Below, in pieces: positions 45,471 through 54,791 of a DNA stretch of 64,000 nt (position 1 is the stretch's first letter; the number at the start of each line of letters is the position of its first letter). The translations under genes were made by a program, and so were the position numbers. This DNA is from Hyphomicrobiales bacterium (GTDB lineage: Bacteria > Pseudomonadota > Alphaproteobacteria > Rickettsiales > JACKKO01), in assembly GCA_024236395.1 (NCBI GenBank), contig JACKKO010000001.1, positions 576,937-640,936 on the forward strand, written 5' to 3'. The notes beneath the pieces are model-generated. The model saw nothing but the letters and a program-made list of their open reading frames with translations. It made no database searches and was not told the DNA's origin.

Positions 45471-46082
45471 CTAGCCCTGCTGGCGCCCGCCATCTTTTTC
45501 ACCAAGCTTTGGAAAATTTTCTTTTGCTAACCCGTCTACGGTTCTTTTAACAGCAGTAACAAGCTCTTTGGCAGTTGGTTTGCGATCATCGGGTGTTGAA
45601 ACAAAACGGTTTATAAGTGTTTTGCGAATTATTTCCGCATTTTCCAGAGCCATATCGTAACGGGTATCATGATCTGGATCACCACGTTTTGGCCAATCAA
45701 GTGTTCTTATTAATTCATTGATAAAAACCCTACGCCCTTCACCACTAACGGCAACCATTTCCGGGAGTTTGGTTTTGAGGCGATCATCAAAATAGATATG
45801 ACACAAAGCTTCTGCATATGAAGTGGATTGATTTGGGGCACTCTTGCTCATTTTAACACCATTATCCACCAGCGCAATGGCAAAAGGTTTTTCGGTGGGT
45901 TCCGTGGCGGAATATTTTGGGTCATAATGCTTTCCTGTAACGCCTGTAACGGCAATGCCAATGGCATTCAGGAACGTTTCCAGATACGGCGTGGTTACCA
46001 CCTCATGGCCTGCCTGTTCCAGTGCTTCTTTCCATTCCGATGATTTTGATTCATCGTCTTCCAGTATAAGGATTCTGACCAT
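45471..46082 (-). CDS. receiver-like (CheY-fold) stand-alone protein with insertions, paralog A
   Basis: MVRILILEDDE (beta1 acidic pair), IALVDNGV (candidate phospho-Asp strand), MVAVSGEG (Ser/Thr strand), RFVSTPDDRKP (Lys-Pro). The ATG at 46082 is preceded by GGGAGAA. Confidence 0.5.
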   Translation of the reverse strand: MVRILILEDDESKSSEWKEALEQAGHEVVTTPYLETFLNAIGIAVTGVTGKHYDPKYSATEPTEKPFAIALVDNGVKMSKSAPNQSTSYAEALCHIYFDDRLKTKLPEMVAVSGEGRRVFINELIRTLDWPKRGDPDHDTRYDMALENAEIIRKTLINRFVSTPDDRKPTAKELVTAVKRTVDGLAKENFPKLGEKDGGRQQG

Positions 46083-46136
46083 ACGGTTCTCCCTGCTGCC
46101 CCTCTCAATCATTAAAAAAGGTTATATCTGTTATAG

Positions 46137-46796
46137 TTATCGCGCCTTACCATCAGGACTGGTTGCCAACGCCTGCCGTGCATGATGGTTATTCCCATTG
46201 TTCTCCAGGCTTAACCCCTCCAGCGTTTGGTTGACCATTTCCACGACCGTCTCTGGCAGGGGCTTGCCACTTGCCGGGCGGGGAGCCTCGAGAAACCGGT
46301 CAACAAGCCGGTAAATGTCATTTCGTGCGGTTTCAATATCCATGTCCTCAGGTGGGTTACGCTGGAGAGCATCGAGTAGTTTGCTGACGATTCCGGCGGT
46401 TCCGCCATTGGATAGGGAAATAGTTTCGGGAAACCGGGATTTTAGCGCGTCATTCTCCTGAATCTTGGCAAAGGCATGGCTGGATTCTATTTCCAATATC
46501 TCTCTCTCCCCGATCAATGTCAGTTCTCTTGAATAAAGTACTTTATTATCCAAGAGCACGATATCATAGTGCTTGCTGGATGGAAGATTGATGGGCGCAA
46601 GTGTGTAGTTACCTTCCTTGATGGATTTTATTTGGTCGTCCTTATTGTCATTCGGAAAAGTAACCTGTATTCCCAGTTTGTTCAGGAATTCTTCCAGAAG
46701 AAAAGTAGCCGTCACGGTATGCCCTTTCGCTTCAAGCGCGGCGACCAGTGCTTCCCGGTACTCTTTATTGTCTTCAAGAATAAGGATATTTGCCAT
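46137..46796 (-). CDS. receiver-like stand-alone protein, paralog B
   Basis: MANILILEDNKEYREALVAALEAKGHTV, IVLLDNKV, ISLSNGG, FLEAPRPASGKP. Confidence 0.5.
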   Translation of the reverse strand: MANILILEDNKEYREALVAALEAKGHTVTATFLLEEFLNKLGIQVTFPNDNKDDQIKSIKEGNYTLAPINLPSSKHYDIVLLDNKVLYSRELTLIGEREILEIESSHAFAKIQENDALKSRFPETISLSNGGTAGIVSKLLDALQRNPPEDMDIETARNDIYRLVDRFLEAPRPASGKPLPETVVEMVNQTLEGLSLENNGNNHHARQALATSPDGKAR

Positions 46797-46854
46797 GATG
46801 AACTTCCAAATCTTCGATAGGTACGTAGTTTTTGCTAATGGTGCTGGCTTATAC

Positions 46855-47481
46855 TCATCGTGTTTTATCCCCTATACCGGGATTAATATTCATTAGGATA
46901 GGCCTTAATGCATCGGCAACGTCCGTGCCTGAGGGCTTGGCACTTATTGCTGTTGACCGAATTTTTATAATCTGTGGGCGATCCGGGAAAGGAACGTCTT
47001 CAGATACAAATGCACCTTCAAAGCCCTTCGTTCCTTTAGAACTACAGCTCAGTATCTTAGGGGGTAGAAAATCTTTAGGGTAACCGGCGGCAAGTGCTTT
47101 TGCTATGAGTATACTGGTTTTCGATATAGTATAATCAAATTTATCCCTTTCGGATGAAATCCATACATCATCATCCAGAACGAGCGCGGCATAACCCAGT
47201 TTCTTAGGGCCTTCATCAGAAAACACAATACTATATTGAGGAATATATTGATTAGCAGCCAACCCCATTAGCGATCTTTGATGGTTAATATCTTGGTGGT
47301 CATAGGGCTTGCCATCAATCATAATGACTAAACCCATTCCTTCAGCCAGTTCTAACAAAGACGTCATTACGGTTACATCGCATAACGGGGCACTGTCTTT
47401 ACCTTTTAGATTTCCTACTTTACTCTGATAATCCCGGAAATTATTTTCTTCATCTTCAACAATAAGTACATTGAGTGCCAT
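46855..47481 (-). CDS. receiver-like stand-alone protein, paralog C (most divergent)
   Basis: MALNVLIVEDEEN, ALVLDDDV, ILSCSSKG, ISAKPSG. The ATG at 47481 is preceded by AGGAGAGG. Confidence 0.45.
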   Translation of the reverse strand: MALNVLIVEDEENNFRDYQSKVGNLKGKDSAPLCDVTVMTSLLELAEGMGLVIMIDGKPYDHQDINHQRSLMGLAANQYIPQYSIVFSDEGPKKLGYAALVLDDDVWISSERDKFDYTISKTSILIAKALAAGYPKDFLPPKILSCSSKGTKGFEGAFVSEDVPFPDRPQIIKIRSTAISAKPSGTDVADALRPILMNINPGIGDKTR

Positions 47482-47584
47482 ATCCTCTCCTGTGGCTGAT
47501 GGGTAGCATGATGCAACCATATGCCAGCGTCTGTGCTACTCGGCAGATGACATACAACTACGATTCATAGTATAGTCTATCATT

Positions 47585-48226
47585 ATGGATTCAAAGCAGA
47601 AATTTAACAAAAAACTTCCATTCTATCACCCGGCGGCGGTGATTGGGACGTTCTTTTGGGTGGGGAAAATTCCCTTCGCATCGGGTACGTTTGGCTCGCT
47701 GGCGGCGTGTATCCTGCTGATTATACTGGTATTTATTCCGCGTGAGCTGGGTTGGTACGGGGAAAATATGCTGCTTTCGGTGATTGCGGGGCTGACCTTC
47801 CTGTTCACGCTTATGGGGCTGTGGGCCTCGGATGTGTATCATAAGCACGGCTATCAGGATCCGAGCGAAGTGGTGATTGACGAGGTGGCCGGGCAGTTTG
47901 TGGCGTTTACCCTCACCGGGATTGGCTATTACTTCCTGATGGAGTGGGATGAGCCGACTTTCCTGGGGGTGATTATCTTCGCGCCGCAATACCTGATTGC
48001 ATTGTTCCTGCTGTTCCGCCTGTTCGATATCTGGAAGCCGGGGCCGGTGGGGCGGGCCGATCGGATGCATAACGGGCTGGGTATTATGCTGGATGATCTG
48101 ATTGCCGGGGCCTTTGCTGCCGGGGTCTTCTTTGTGCTGTTGTTTATTTTGCTCTATAGCGGGGCGCTGTTATGGGCCGTGGAGACGTTCTTCCCCGATC
48201 ATCTGGAATTCATGCAGCAGCGATGA
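47585..48226 (+). CDS. pgpA: phosphatidylglycerophosphatase A
   Basis: [27 protein letters not shown]. Confidence 0.85.
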   Translation: MDSKQKFNKKLPFYHPAAVIGTFFWVGKIPFASGTFGSLAACILLIILVFIPRELGWYGENMLLSVIAGLTFLFTLMGLWASDVYHKHGYQDPSEVVIDEVAGQFVAFTLTGIGYYFLMEWDEPTFLGVIIFAPQYLIALFLLFRLFDIWKPGPVGRADRMHNGLGIMLDDLIAGAFAAGVFFVLLFILLYSGALLWAVETFFPDHLEFMQQR

Positions 48227-48711
48227 GCATAAGCACTTATCAGAAAGCGGAGTCATTACTCACCATCTGCCGGGCAAACGGCTGGAAGCTGGCAACAGCG
48301 GAATCCTGCACCGGGGGGTTGGTTGCCGGGGCGCTGACGGATGTGCCGGGTTCGTCGGATGTGTTTGACCGTGGTTTTGTGACCTACAGTAATATCGCCA
48401 AGCAGGAAATGCTGGGGGTACCTGCCGCATTGCTGGAAGCGCATGGGGCGGTGAGTGAGGAAGTGGCGCGGGCAATGGCGGAAGGCGCACTTGCGCAGAG
48501 TGAGGCTGATATGGCGGTGGCGCTGACGGGCATCGCCGGACCAGATGGCGGTACGGAAGCCAAGCCGGTGGGGTTGGTATTTATTGCGGTAGCTAAATTA
48601 TCCGGAGCAATGCTCTGTGAAAAGTGTATTTTTCCAAATGATAGAGCGGCAGTGCGTGCGGCTGCGGTAGAAAAAGCACTGGATCTGTTTATTTTGCAGT
48701 GCAATAATTAA
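48223..48711 (+). CDS. pncC: CinA C-terminal-domain protein / nicotinamide-nucleotide amidohydrolase
   Basis: [35 protein letters not shown]...GIAGPDGG. There is an ATGA overlap with the pgpA stop. Confidence 0.85.
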   Translation: MSISTYQKAESLLTICRANGWKLATAESCTGGLVAGALTDVPGSSDVFDRGFVTYSNIAKQEMLGVPAALLEAHGAVSEEVARAMAEGALAQSEADMAVALTGIAGPDGGTEAKPVGLVFIAVAKLSGAMLCEKCIFPNDRAAVRAAAVEKALDLFILQCNN

Positions 48712-48762
48712 GTTTGTCGGTTTTTATTTCGTACTTGCTGGGTAAATCGGTAAGATGCCTGT

Positions 48763-50049
48763 GTGATGAACGCACAGCAACCAATGACGCAGCCCATGTT
48801 TTCCCATACAGATTTTACGAATAATCACCACCTTTATGGTCTGGTGGAATTTCAGCGTGCCATGATGGCCCCTACGAATATGTTGGCCAGGATGGGGGTG
48901 GAAATGTTTGCCAGCCCGTTTAATCCGCTGGCACACAGTAAGCACGGACGAACCATGGCAGCCGGGTTTGAGCTTTTGGAGCGCCTGACCCGCCAGTATG
49001 AGCAGCCGGATTTCCATATTTATGATATCGAAATCAATGGTAAAACCTATGGAGTGAAGGAGCGCATTGCCAAGCGCCTGCCATTTTGCAACCTGTTGCA
49101 CTTCAAGAAAGATTATACTAAAGAGCAGCCGCGCCTGCTGATTGTGGCGCCGCTTTCCGGGCATTTTTCTACGTTGCTGCGGGGAACGGTGCGCGGCTTC
49201 CTACCGCATTTTGATGTGTATATTACCGACTGGATTAATGCACGGGATATCCCACTTTCGCTGGGACCATTTGATCTGGACGATTATATTGATTACATCA
49301 TCCAATTCCTGCGTAAGCTGGGCAAAGGAACGCATGTCATGGGGGTATGCCAGCCTTCCGTGCCGGTGATGGCGGCAACGTCCATTCTGGCAGCAGAAAA
49401 AGATGAGGCGGCTCCGGCGTCGATGATTCTGATCGGGGGGCCGATTGATACGCGTAAAAGCCCCACGGAAGTTAACAGACTTGCCTATGAAAAGCCGATT
49501 GAATGGTTTGAGCAAAATGTGATTTGCCACGTGCCAATGAATTATCCCGGCTTCATGCGGAAGGTCTATCCCGGCTTTATCCAGCTGACCGGTTTTATGA
49601 CGATGAACCTTGACCGGCATCTGGGTGCGCATCTGAACCTGTTTAATCACTTGATTGAAGGGGACGGGGATAGTGCCCAGGCACACCGGAAATTCTATAA
49701 TGAATATCTGGCCGTGATGGATTTACCCGCGGAATTCTACCTGCAAACGGTGAAGACGGTCTTTAAAGATCACTCCTTACCGCTGGGGACGATGAAATCC
49801 CGCGAGCGTAAGGTACGCCCGGAAACCATCACCAAAACGGCGGTGCTGGCGATTGAAGGGGAACGGGATGATATTTCCGGTCTGAGTCAGACCAAAGCGG
49901 CGCTGACACTATGTACAAATCTGCCGGACAGTAAAAAACAATATTATTTGCAGAAAGATGTCGGACATTATGGTACCTTCAACGGAAGGCGCTTCCGTGA
50001 GCAGGTGGTACCAACAGTTTGTGATTTTGTCCGAAAGCATGACCGCTAA
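48763..50049 (+). CDS. phaZ: intracellular polyhydroxyalkanoate depolymerase
   Basis: 428 aa. LLIVAPLSGHFSTLLR, DVYITDW and GVCQP fit the PhaZ (TIGR01849-like) pattern as I remember it. Confidence 0.8.
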   Translation: MMNAQQPMTQPMFSHTDFTNNHHLYGLVEFQRAMMAPTNMLARMGVEMFASPFNPLAHSKHGRTMAAGFELLERLTRQYEQPDFHIYDIEINGKTYGVKERIAKRLPFCNLLHFKKDYTKEQPRLLIVAPLSGHFSTLLRGTVRGFLPHFDVYITDWINARDIPLSLGPFDLDDYIDYIIQFLRKLGKGTHVMGVCQPSVPVMAATSILAAEKDEAAPASMILIGGPIDTRKSPTEVNRLAYEKPIEWFEQNVICHVPMNYPGFMRKVYPGFIQLTGFMTMNLDRHLGAHLNLFNHLIEGDGDSAQAHRKFYNEYLAVMDLPAEFYLQTVKTVFKDHSLPLGTMKSRERKVRPETITKTAVLAIEGERDDISGLSQTKAALTLCTNLPDSKKQYYLQKDVGHYGTFNGRRFREQVVPTVCDFVRKHDR

Positions 50050-51412
50050 GTTATTTCTAAATCGATTCTGGACAGTGTTACGCTGGCTTTTATTGCTGGT
50101 GTGGGTGCTGTGGGTTGGGATAGTCTATCTGAACCAGATTGATGCCGCGCTGCATAGCTGCCAGGAGCAGAAAGCTATTTCTGACGCACCATGCTTCTTT
50201 TCCCTGTGGTTTTATACCAGCTTTGTGGTGGTGTTGGTGGTGCCAGCGTTGCTTTTTGCCGTGCGTAACGTGGTTGTGCGGGCGGTATTATTAGGAATGC
50301 TTGGGGTAAGCATTCTTTATGATGCGCAGTTGGAGGCACTAAGCATCGTAGGCGATATTCGTACATTCGGTTATCAGAAATTTATCGTGCTATTTTATGT
50401 CTGGTCGGCACTGTACCTGACGTTAATGTGGGCAGCACTTTTACTTGCAAAATATCAGCGTATTCTATGGCTGATGTTTGGGATGACAGTCCTGTTCAAC
50501 CTTGGCTTTGTCTGGTATGGCCGTGGCAGTGTGGAGCAGTATTATGCCATTTCCGGTACGTGGTTTGTACAAGGGTTCAGTTGGGACAGCCTGATGCAAA
50601 GTGCGATTTTCGGCAAGATGTGGCGTTGGTTGCTATTTGTGCCATTAGTGTTTTTGATAGTTGGCGGGACGGTGCAATGGGTACGTTCCGGTGCCGTACA
50701 GAGTCTTTATCTGAAGCGTATGCTGCTGATTTTTTTTGGTGGGCTGCTGATTTCCTTGTTGCCACTGGTATCGCTCCCACTGGGAAATCTCCTGAACCGG
50801 CAGGATGTGAATGAAGCGAAATCCTATATCAGTCAGCTATTACCCAAACTTCAGGCGTTTGCGGTGAAGAATGACAATGCTTACCCACCCACGCTGGAGC
50901 ATAGTGTGGAAGAGGAAGGGATAACCCTGCCAAGGCTGCTAAGGCTTTTTGATTTCCTCGCCTATAACCAACATGGGGCCTATTATATCAGCCGTCCGGA
51001 AAAATATTGCTTTCTGGTTTATAACCCAGGTGCGGTGGATTATGGCTATTATTCGCTGACTAGTGAACGTGGTTGGAAGTTTCATCCCTATGCCGGGAAG
51101 TCGTTAGAAGAAATCTATCTGGAATATTGCGATGAGCCGCAGTCGTTCAAGCAGCGTATCAAGAAGCACTTGGGCCTGCAGGAAGACCCGAATGACCCGG
51201 ATCACATTCTTGAACCTTCCGAGTTGTTCAAACAACAATGGAAAACACCAGATGTGAAAGGCTTCCCTGAATTCCTGCCTAATGAAGAGCAGCGTGAGCA
51301 CTTTCTGAAAGACCAGTTCCCATACCTATTTGAAGGCAAAGAAGGTCAGGAGAAGAAAATCCTGGAAGAGATGCAGAAACGCGGCGCATTGTCCGAACTG
51401 CCTGAAAAATAG
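50039..51412 (+). CDS. hypothetical multi-pass membrane protein with a soluble C-terminal domain
   Basis: About 8 hydrophobic segments followed by ~190 hydrophilic aa. The start is set at the ATG at 50039, overlapping the phaZ end by 11 nt. Confidence 0.55.
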   Translation: MTAKLFLNRFWTVLRWLLLLVWVLWVGIVYLNQIDAALHSCQEQKAISDAPCFFSLWFYTSFVVVLVVPALLFAVRNVVVRAVLLGMLGVSILYDAQLEALSIVGDIRTFGYQKFIVLFYVWSALYLTLMWAALLLAKYQRILWLMFGMTVLFNLGFVWYGRGSVEQYYAISGTWFVQGFSWDSLMQSAIFGKMWRWLLFVPLVFLIVGGTVQWVRSGAVQSLYLKRMLLIFFGGLLISLLPLVSLPLGNLLNRQDVNEAKSYISQLLPKLQAFAVKNDNAYPPTLEHSVEEEGITLPRLLRLFDFLAYNQHGAYYISRPEKYCFLVYNPGAVDYGYYSLTSERGWKFHPYAGKSLEEIYLEYCDEPQSFKQRIKKHLGLQEDPNDPDHILEPSELFKQQWKTPDVKGFPEFLPNEEQREHFLKDQFPYLFEGKEGQEKKILEEMQKRGALSELPEK

Positions 51413-51467
51413 CCGACTGTGCTCTGTTATCGCCTGAATCCGCAAGGACTCTAGGGCGTTCATGTTT

Positions 51468-51495
51468 CTGGATTCCTGCTTCCACAGGAATGACG
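51468..51495. repeat. single-arm copy of the GTCATTCC/GGAATCCAG hairpin repeat
   Basis: CTGGATTCCTG-cttcca-CAGGAATGACG, the same family as 45391-45455. Confidence 0.55.
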
Positions 51496-51539
51496 TAGGG
51501 TGGTTTACGTTATGCGCCAGCGCAGGCTGGGTCCAGGAG

Positions 51540-53120
51540 CTAAACAGCGAAATGCAGAACCTTCACCTGTTTGACGCTTGGGAGCTTACTGATCTTTTCG
51601 GCCAGTGCCTTATCCACATCCTGATCTACCTCCACCAGGGCGATGGCATCGGTGCGATCCTTATTCCGCCCCAGGCTGAAGTTGGCAATGTTGATCCCGG
51701 TATCCCCCAGCAGTTTCCCCAGATTCCCAATCAGACCCGGCTTATCTTCGTTATTGATATACAGCATACGGGCACCCAGACCGGCCTCCAGCTTCACACC
51801 ACCCACTTCCACGATGCGTGGTTCCTGGCCAAACAGCGTACCGGATACCATACGCTCCTGACGGTCCGTGGTGACGGTGAGGCGGATCAGGCTATGGTAA
51901 TCCACGGCACGGGCATGACGCACTTCACTGATGTCAATATTGCGTTCCTTGGCGATGACCGGGGCATTGACCATATTGGCCGCATCGGTGATCGGGGTCA
52001 GTAGCCCTTTGAGGATGGCGGAGGTGACCGGACGCGTGTTCAGGCCGGTAATTGCTCCTTCAAATTCAATCTTCACCGCGTTCAGACCGGTGGCTGCCAG
52101 CTGACCAATAAAGCTACCCAGCTGTTCACCCAGATTCAGGTAGGGGCGTAGTTTGGCGGCATCTTCTGCGGAGACGGACGGGATGTTGATCGCGTTCACC
52201 ACCGTACCGTTATTCAGGAAATCCGACATTTGCTCGGCAACCTGTACGGCCACGTTCTCCTGGGCTTCCAGCGTAGACGCGCCCAGATGCGGCGTGCAGA
52301 TGACGTTCTCATTGCCAAACAGGACATTCTCGTTGGCAGGCTCTTCTTCAAATACGTCCAGCGCCGCTCCGGCAATGTGCCCGGATTTAATCAGTTCATT
52401 TAATGCAGTCTCATCAATCAGACCACCACGGGCACAGTTGATAATGCGAACACCTTTCTTGGTTTTTTTCAGATTTTCCTCACCTAGTATATTACGGGTG
52501 GAGTCGGTGAGTGGGGTGTGCAGCGAAATGAAATCCGCGCGTTTTAGCAGCTCATCCAGTTCCACTTTTTCAATGTTCAGCTCGTCGGCACGTTTTTCCG
52601 AGAGATACGGATCATAGACGATCACGCGCATTTTCAGACCGTGGGCACGGTCTGCCACGATGGAGCCAATATTCCCGCAGCCAATCAGTCCCAGCGTTTT
52701 TGAGGAGACTTCCACGCCCATGAACTTGGATTTTTCCCATTTTCCGGCATGGGTAGAGGCATTGGCCTGTGGCAACTGGCGGGCGGAGGCAAACATCAGC
52801 GCAATCGCATGTTCTGCCGTGGTAATGGAGTTCCCAAACGGGGTATTCATCACCACCACACCCTTGGCCGTAGCAGCGGGGATATCCACGTTATCCACCC
52901 CAATCCCGGCGCGACCGACCACTTTCAGGTTGGTGGCCTTTTCCAGAATTTCCTGCGTGACCTTGGTGGCAGAACGAATGGCCAGCCCGTCATATTCCCC
53001 GATGCAGGCGGCGAGCTCTTCCGGGCTCATACCGGTTTTGACATCCACTTCCAGCCCTGCTTCCTTAAAAATTTCGACCGCGCGGGGGCTTAATTTATCG
53101 GAGATAAGTACCTTTGCCAT
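51540..53120 (-). CDS. serA: D-3-phosphoglycerate dehydrogenase (long form with ASB and ACT domains)
   Basis: 526 aa: GLIGCGNIG, NCARGG, and a C-terminal ACT-like end. Confidence 0.95.
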   Translation of the reverse strand: MAKVLISDKLSPRAVEIFKEAGLEVDVKTGMSPEELAACIGEYDGLAIRSATKVTQEILEKATNLKVVGRAGIGVDNVDIPAATAKGVVVMNTPFGNSITTAEHAIALMFASARQLPQANASTHAGKWEKSKFMGVEVSSKTLGLIGCGNIGSIVADRAHGLKMRVIVYDPYLSEKRADELNIEKVELDELLKRADFISLHTPLTDSTRNILGEENLKKTKKGVRIINCARGGLIDETALNELIKSGHIAGAALDVFEEEPANENVLFGNENVICTPHLGASTLEAQENVAVQVAEQMSDFLNNGTVVNAINIPSVSAEDAAKLRPYLNLGEQLGSFIGQLAATGLNAVKIEFEGAITGLNTRPVTSAILKGLLTPITDAANMVNAPVIAKERNIDISEVRHARAVDYHSLIRLTVTTDRQERMVSGTLFGQEPRIVEVGGVKLEAGLGARMLYINNEDKPGLIGNLGKLLGDTGINIANFSLGRNKDRTDAIALVEVDQDVDKALAEKISKLPSVKQVKVLHFAV

Positions 53121-53140
53121 GTTATCCTCTTAGTGCGTTA

Positions 53141-53180
53141 ATGCGTGATATCGTGAATTCGTGAAAACGTGAATTCGTCA
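53141..53180. repeat. array of five 8-bp units NNNCGTGA between serA and the four-helix-bundle gene
   Basis: atgcgtga tatcgtga attcgtga aaacgtga attcgtca, at a strict 8-nt period. The last unit contains the stop codon of the four-helix-bundle gene. Confidence 0.75.
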
Positions 53181-53537
53181 TAATTTCTTTTTTAGTGCCT
53201 GCTGGAGGCGATACATCATTTTGCTAATGTCTTCAATCATTGAAAACGCTTTTTCCAGATATAGTTCCGCTACAAATTTCCGACGGCCTGCAATGATAAG
53301 CTGGGTTTCTACTTCTGCCAGTGATCCGCGTGCGATACCAATATACTGAATAAATTCTTTTGTGTTATTGCGCGCCGCACCTTCCGCAATGTTGGAAGCA
53401 ATGGAAACGACAGCCCGCCTGAGCTGTGGAGATAAAGCATATTGCTCACTTTTAGGGAACGTATCGGTAATCGTGTAAATCATATCACTCAAATCGATTG
53501 CTTTTTTCCAGACATCTAACTCTTTATGCGTTGCCAT
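53178..53537 (-). CDS. four-helix-bundle protein (23S rRNA intervening-sequence protein family)
   Basis: LDVWKKAIDL...FPKSEQYALSPQLRRAVVSIASNIAEGAARNNTKEFIQYIGIARGSLAEVETQLIIA is the family consensus almost residue for residue. Confidence 0.9.
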   Translation of the reverse strand: MATHKELDVWKKAIDLSDMIYTITDTFPKSEQYALSPQLRRAVVSIASNIAEGAARNNTKEFIQYIGIARGSLAEVETQLIIAGRRKFVAELYLEKAFSMIEDISKMMYRLQQALKKKL

Positions 53538-53544
53538 TCCTGCT

Positions 53545-53576
53545 TCGCGCTTTCACGTTGTCACGCCTTCACGGAA
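53545..53576. repeat. array of ~4 inverted 8-bp units (TCACGNNN) between the four-helix-bundle gene and serC
   Basis: tcgcgctt tcacgttg tcacgcct tcacggaa, the reverse complement of the CGTGA unit at the same 8-nt period. It overlaps the last codons and stop of serC. Confidence 0.65.
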
Positions 53577-54718
53577 GCAAATGCCCAGTCCAGCCAGGGG
53601 AGCAGGGCTTCAATATCGGATGTTTCTACCGTGGCACCGCCCCAGATACGCAGCCCCGGCGGAGCGTCGCGGTAGGCACCCAGGTCATAGGCTACACCTT
53701 CCTTATCCAGCAGGGAAACCAGTGCCTTGGCCTTTGCCGCCTGATCCTCCGCGGAAAGTCCCTGATACCAGTCATCCACAATTTTCAGGCAGATGGAGGT
53801 ATTGGAGCGCACGGCCTTATCTTCCGCCAGAAACGCGGCCCAGGGTGATTTTTCCACCCAGGCTTCGATGGCAGCCAGATTGGCCTCCGAACGTTGTTTC
53901 AGCCCGTTCAACCCACCGACGGATTCCGCCCAGCGCAATCCGTCCAGCGCATCTTCCACGCACAGCATGGAGGGCGTGTTGATGGTTTCCCCGACAAAAA
54001 TCCCGTCAATCAGTTTGCCGCCTTTGGTCATACGGAAAATCTTCGGCATTGGCCATGGCGGGCTGTAACGCTCCAGCCGTTCGACGGCGCGCGGGCTTAA
54101 AACCAGCATGCCGTGCGCGGCTTCTCCACCCATGACTTTCTGCCAGGAATAGGTGACTGCATCCAGCTTGTTCCACGGCAGATCCATGGCGAAGACAGCG
54201 CTGGTGGCATCGCACAGCGTAAGCCCCAGACGGTTCTCCTTGATCCAGTCCCCGTTGGGTACTTTGGCACCGGAGGTGGTGCCGTTCCAGGTGAAGACCA
54301 CGTCGCGGTCGGTATCCACCTCGGCCATATTCGGGATCGTGCCATATTCGGCTTTGAACACCCGGACATCCTTCAGTTTCAGTTGCTTTTCAATATCCGA
54401 GACCCAGCCCTGACCAAAGCTTTCCCAGGCCAGCGCATCCACCCCGCGTTCGCCCAGCAGGCTCCACATGGCCATTTCAAATGCCCCGGTATCGGAGGCG
54501 GGGACAATCCCGATATGGTAATCTGCGGGGATACCCAGCACGGCGCGCGTCCGGTCGATTACTTCTTTCAGCGCGGCTTTTCCCGGCTTGGAACGGTGAG
54601 AACGCCCAACCAGCGCCTTGCTGAGGCTTTCCGGTGTCCAGCCCGGGCGCTTGGCGCAGGGGCCGGAAGAAAAGTTCGGGTTCTGTGGCTTTGCCGTGGG
54701 TTGCGTGGCTGGTTGCAT
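53561..54718 (-). CDS. serC: phosphoserine aminotransferase
   Basis: 385 aa of the alphaproteobacterial/archaeal-type SerC pattern ([13 protein letters not shown]..., [10 protein letters not shown]). Confidence 0.93.
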   Translation of the reverse strand: MQPATQPTAKPQNPNFSSGPCAKRPGWTPESLSKALVGRSHRSKPGKAALKEVIDRTRAVLGIPADYHIGIVPASDTGAFEMAMWSLLGERGVDALAWESFGQGWVSDIEKQLKLKDVRVFKAEYGTIPNMAEVDTDRDVVFTWNGTTSGAKVPNGDWIKENRLGLTLCDATSAVFAMDLPWNKLDAVTYSWQKVMGGEAAHGMLVLSPRAVERLERYSPPWPMPKIFRMTKGGKLIDGIFVGETINTPSMLCVEDALDGLRWAESVGGLNGLKQRSEANLAAIEAWVEKSPWAAFLAEDKAVRSNTSICLKIVDDWYQGLSAEDQAAKAKALVSLLDKEGVAYDLGAYRDAPPGLRIWGGATVETSDIEALLPWLDWAFASVKA

Positions 54719-54791
54719 GGTTCGTCCTCGTCTGCGGTCTGAAAATGTGCGCGGATACTAGGCAGCACGGGGGTGTAAGTCAAGCGTGATC

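Noticed and set aside
53178-53537. The four-helix-bundle protein as the Avd accessory protein of a diversity-generating retroelement.
   Set aside because: Avd proteins belong to the same fold family, but no reverse transcriptase gene and no template/variable repeat pair are present within the flanking kilobases. The neighbours are serC and serA.
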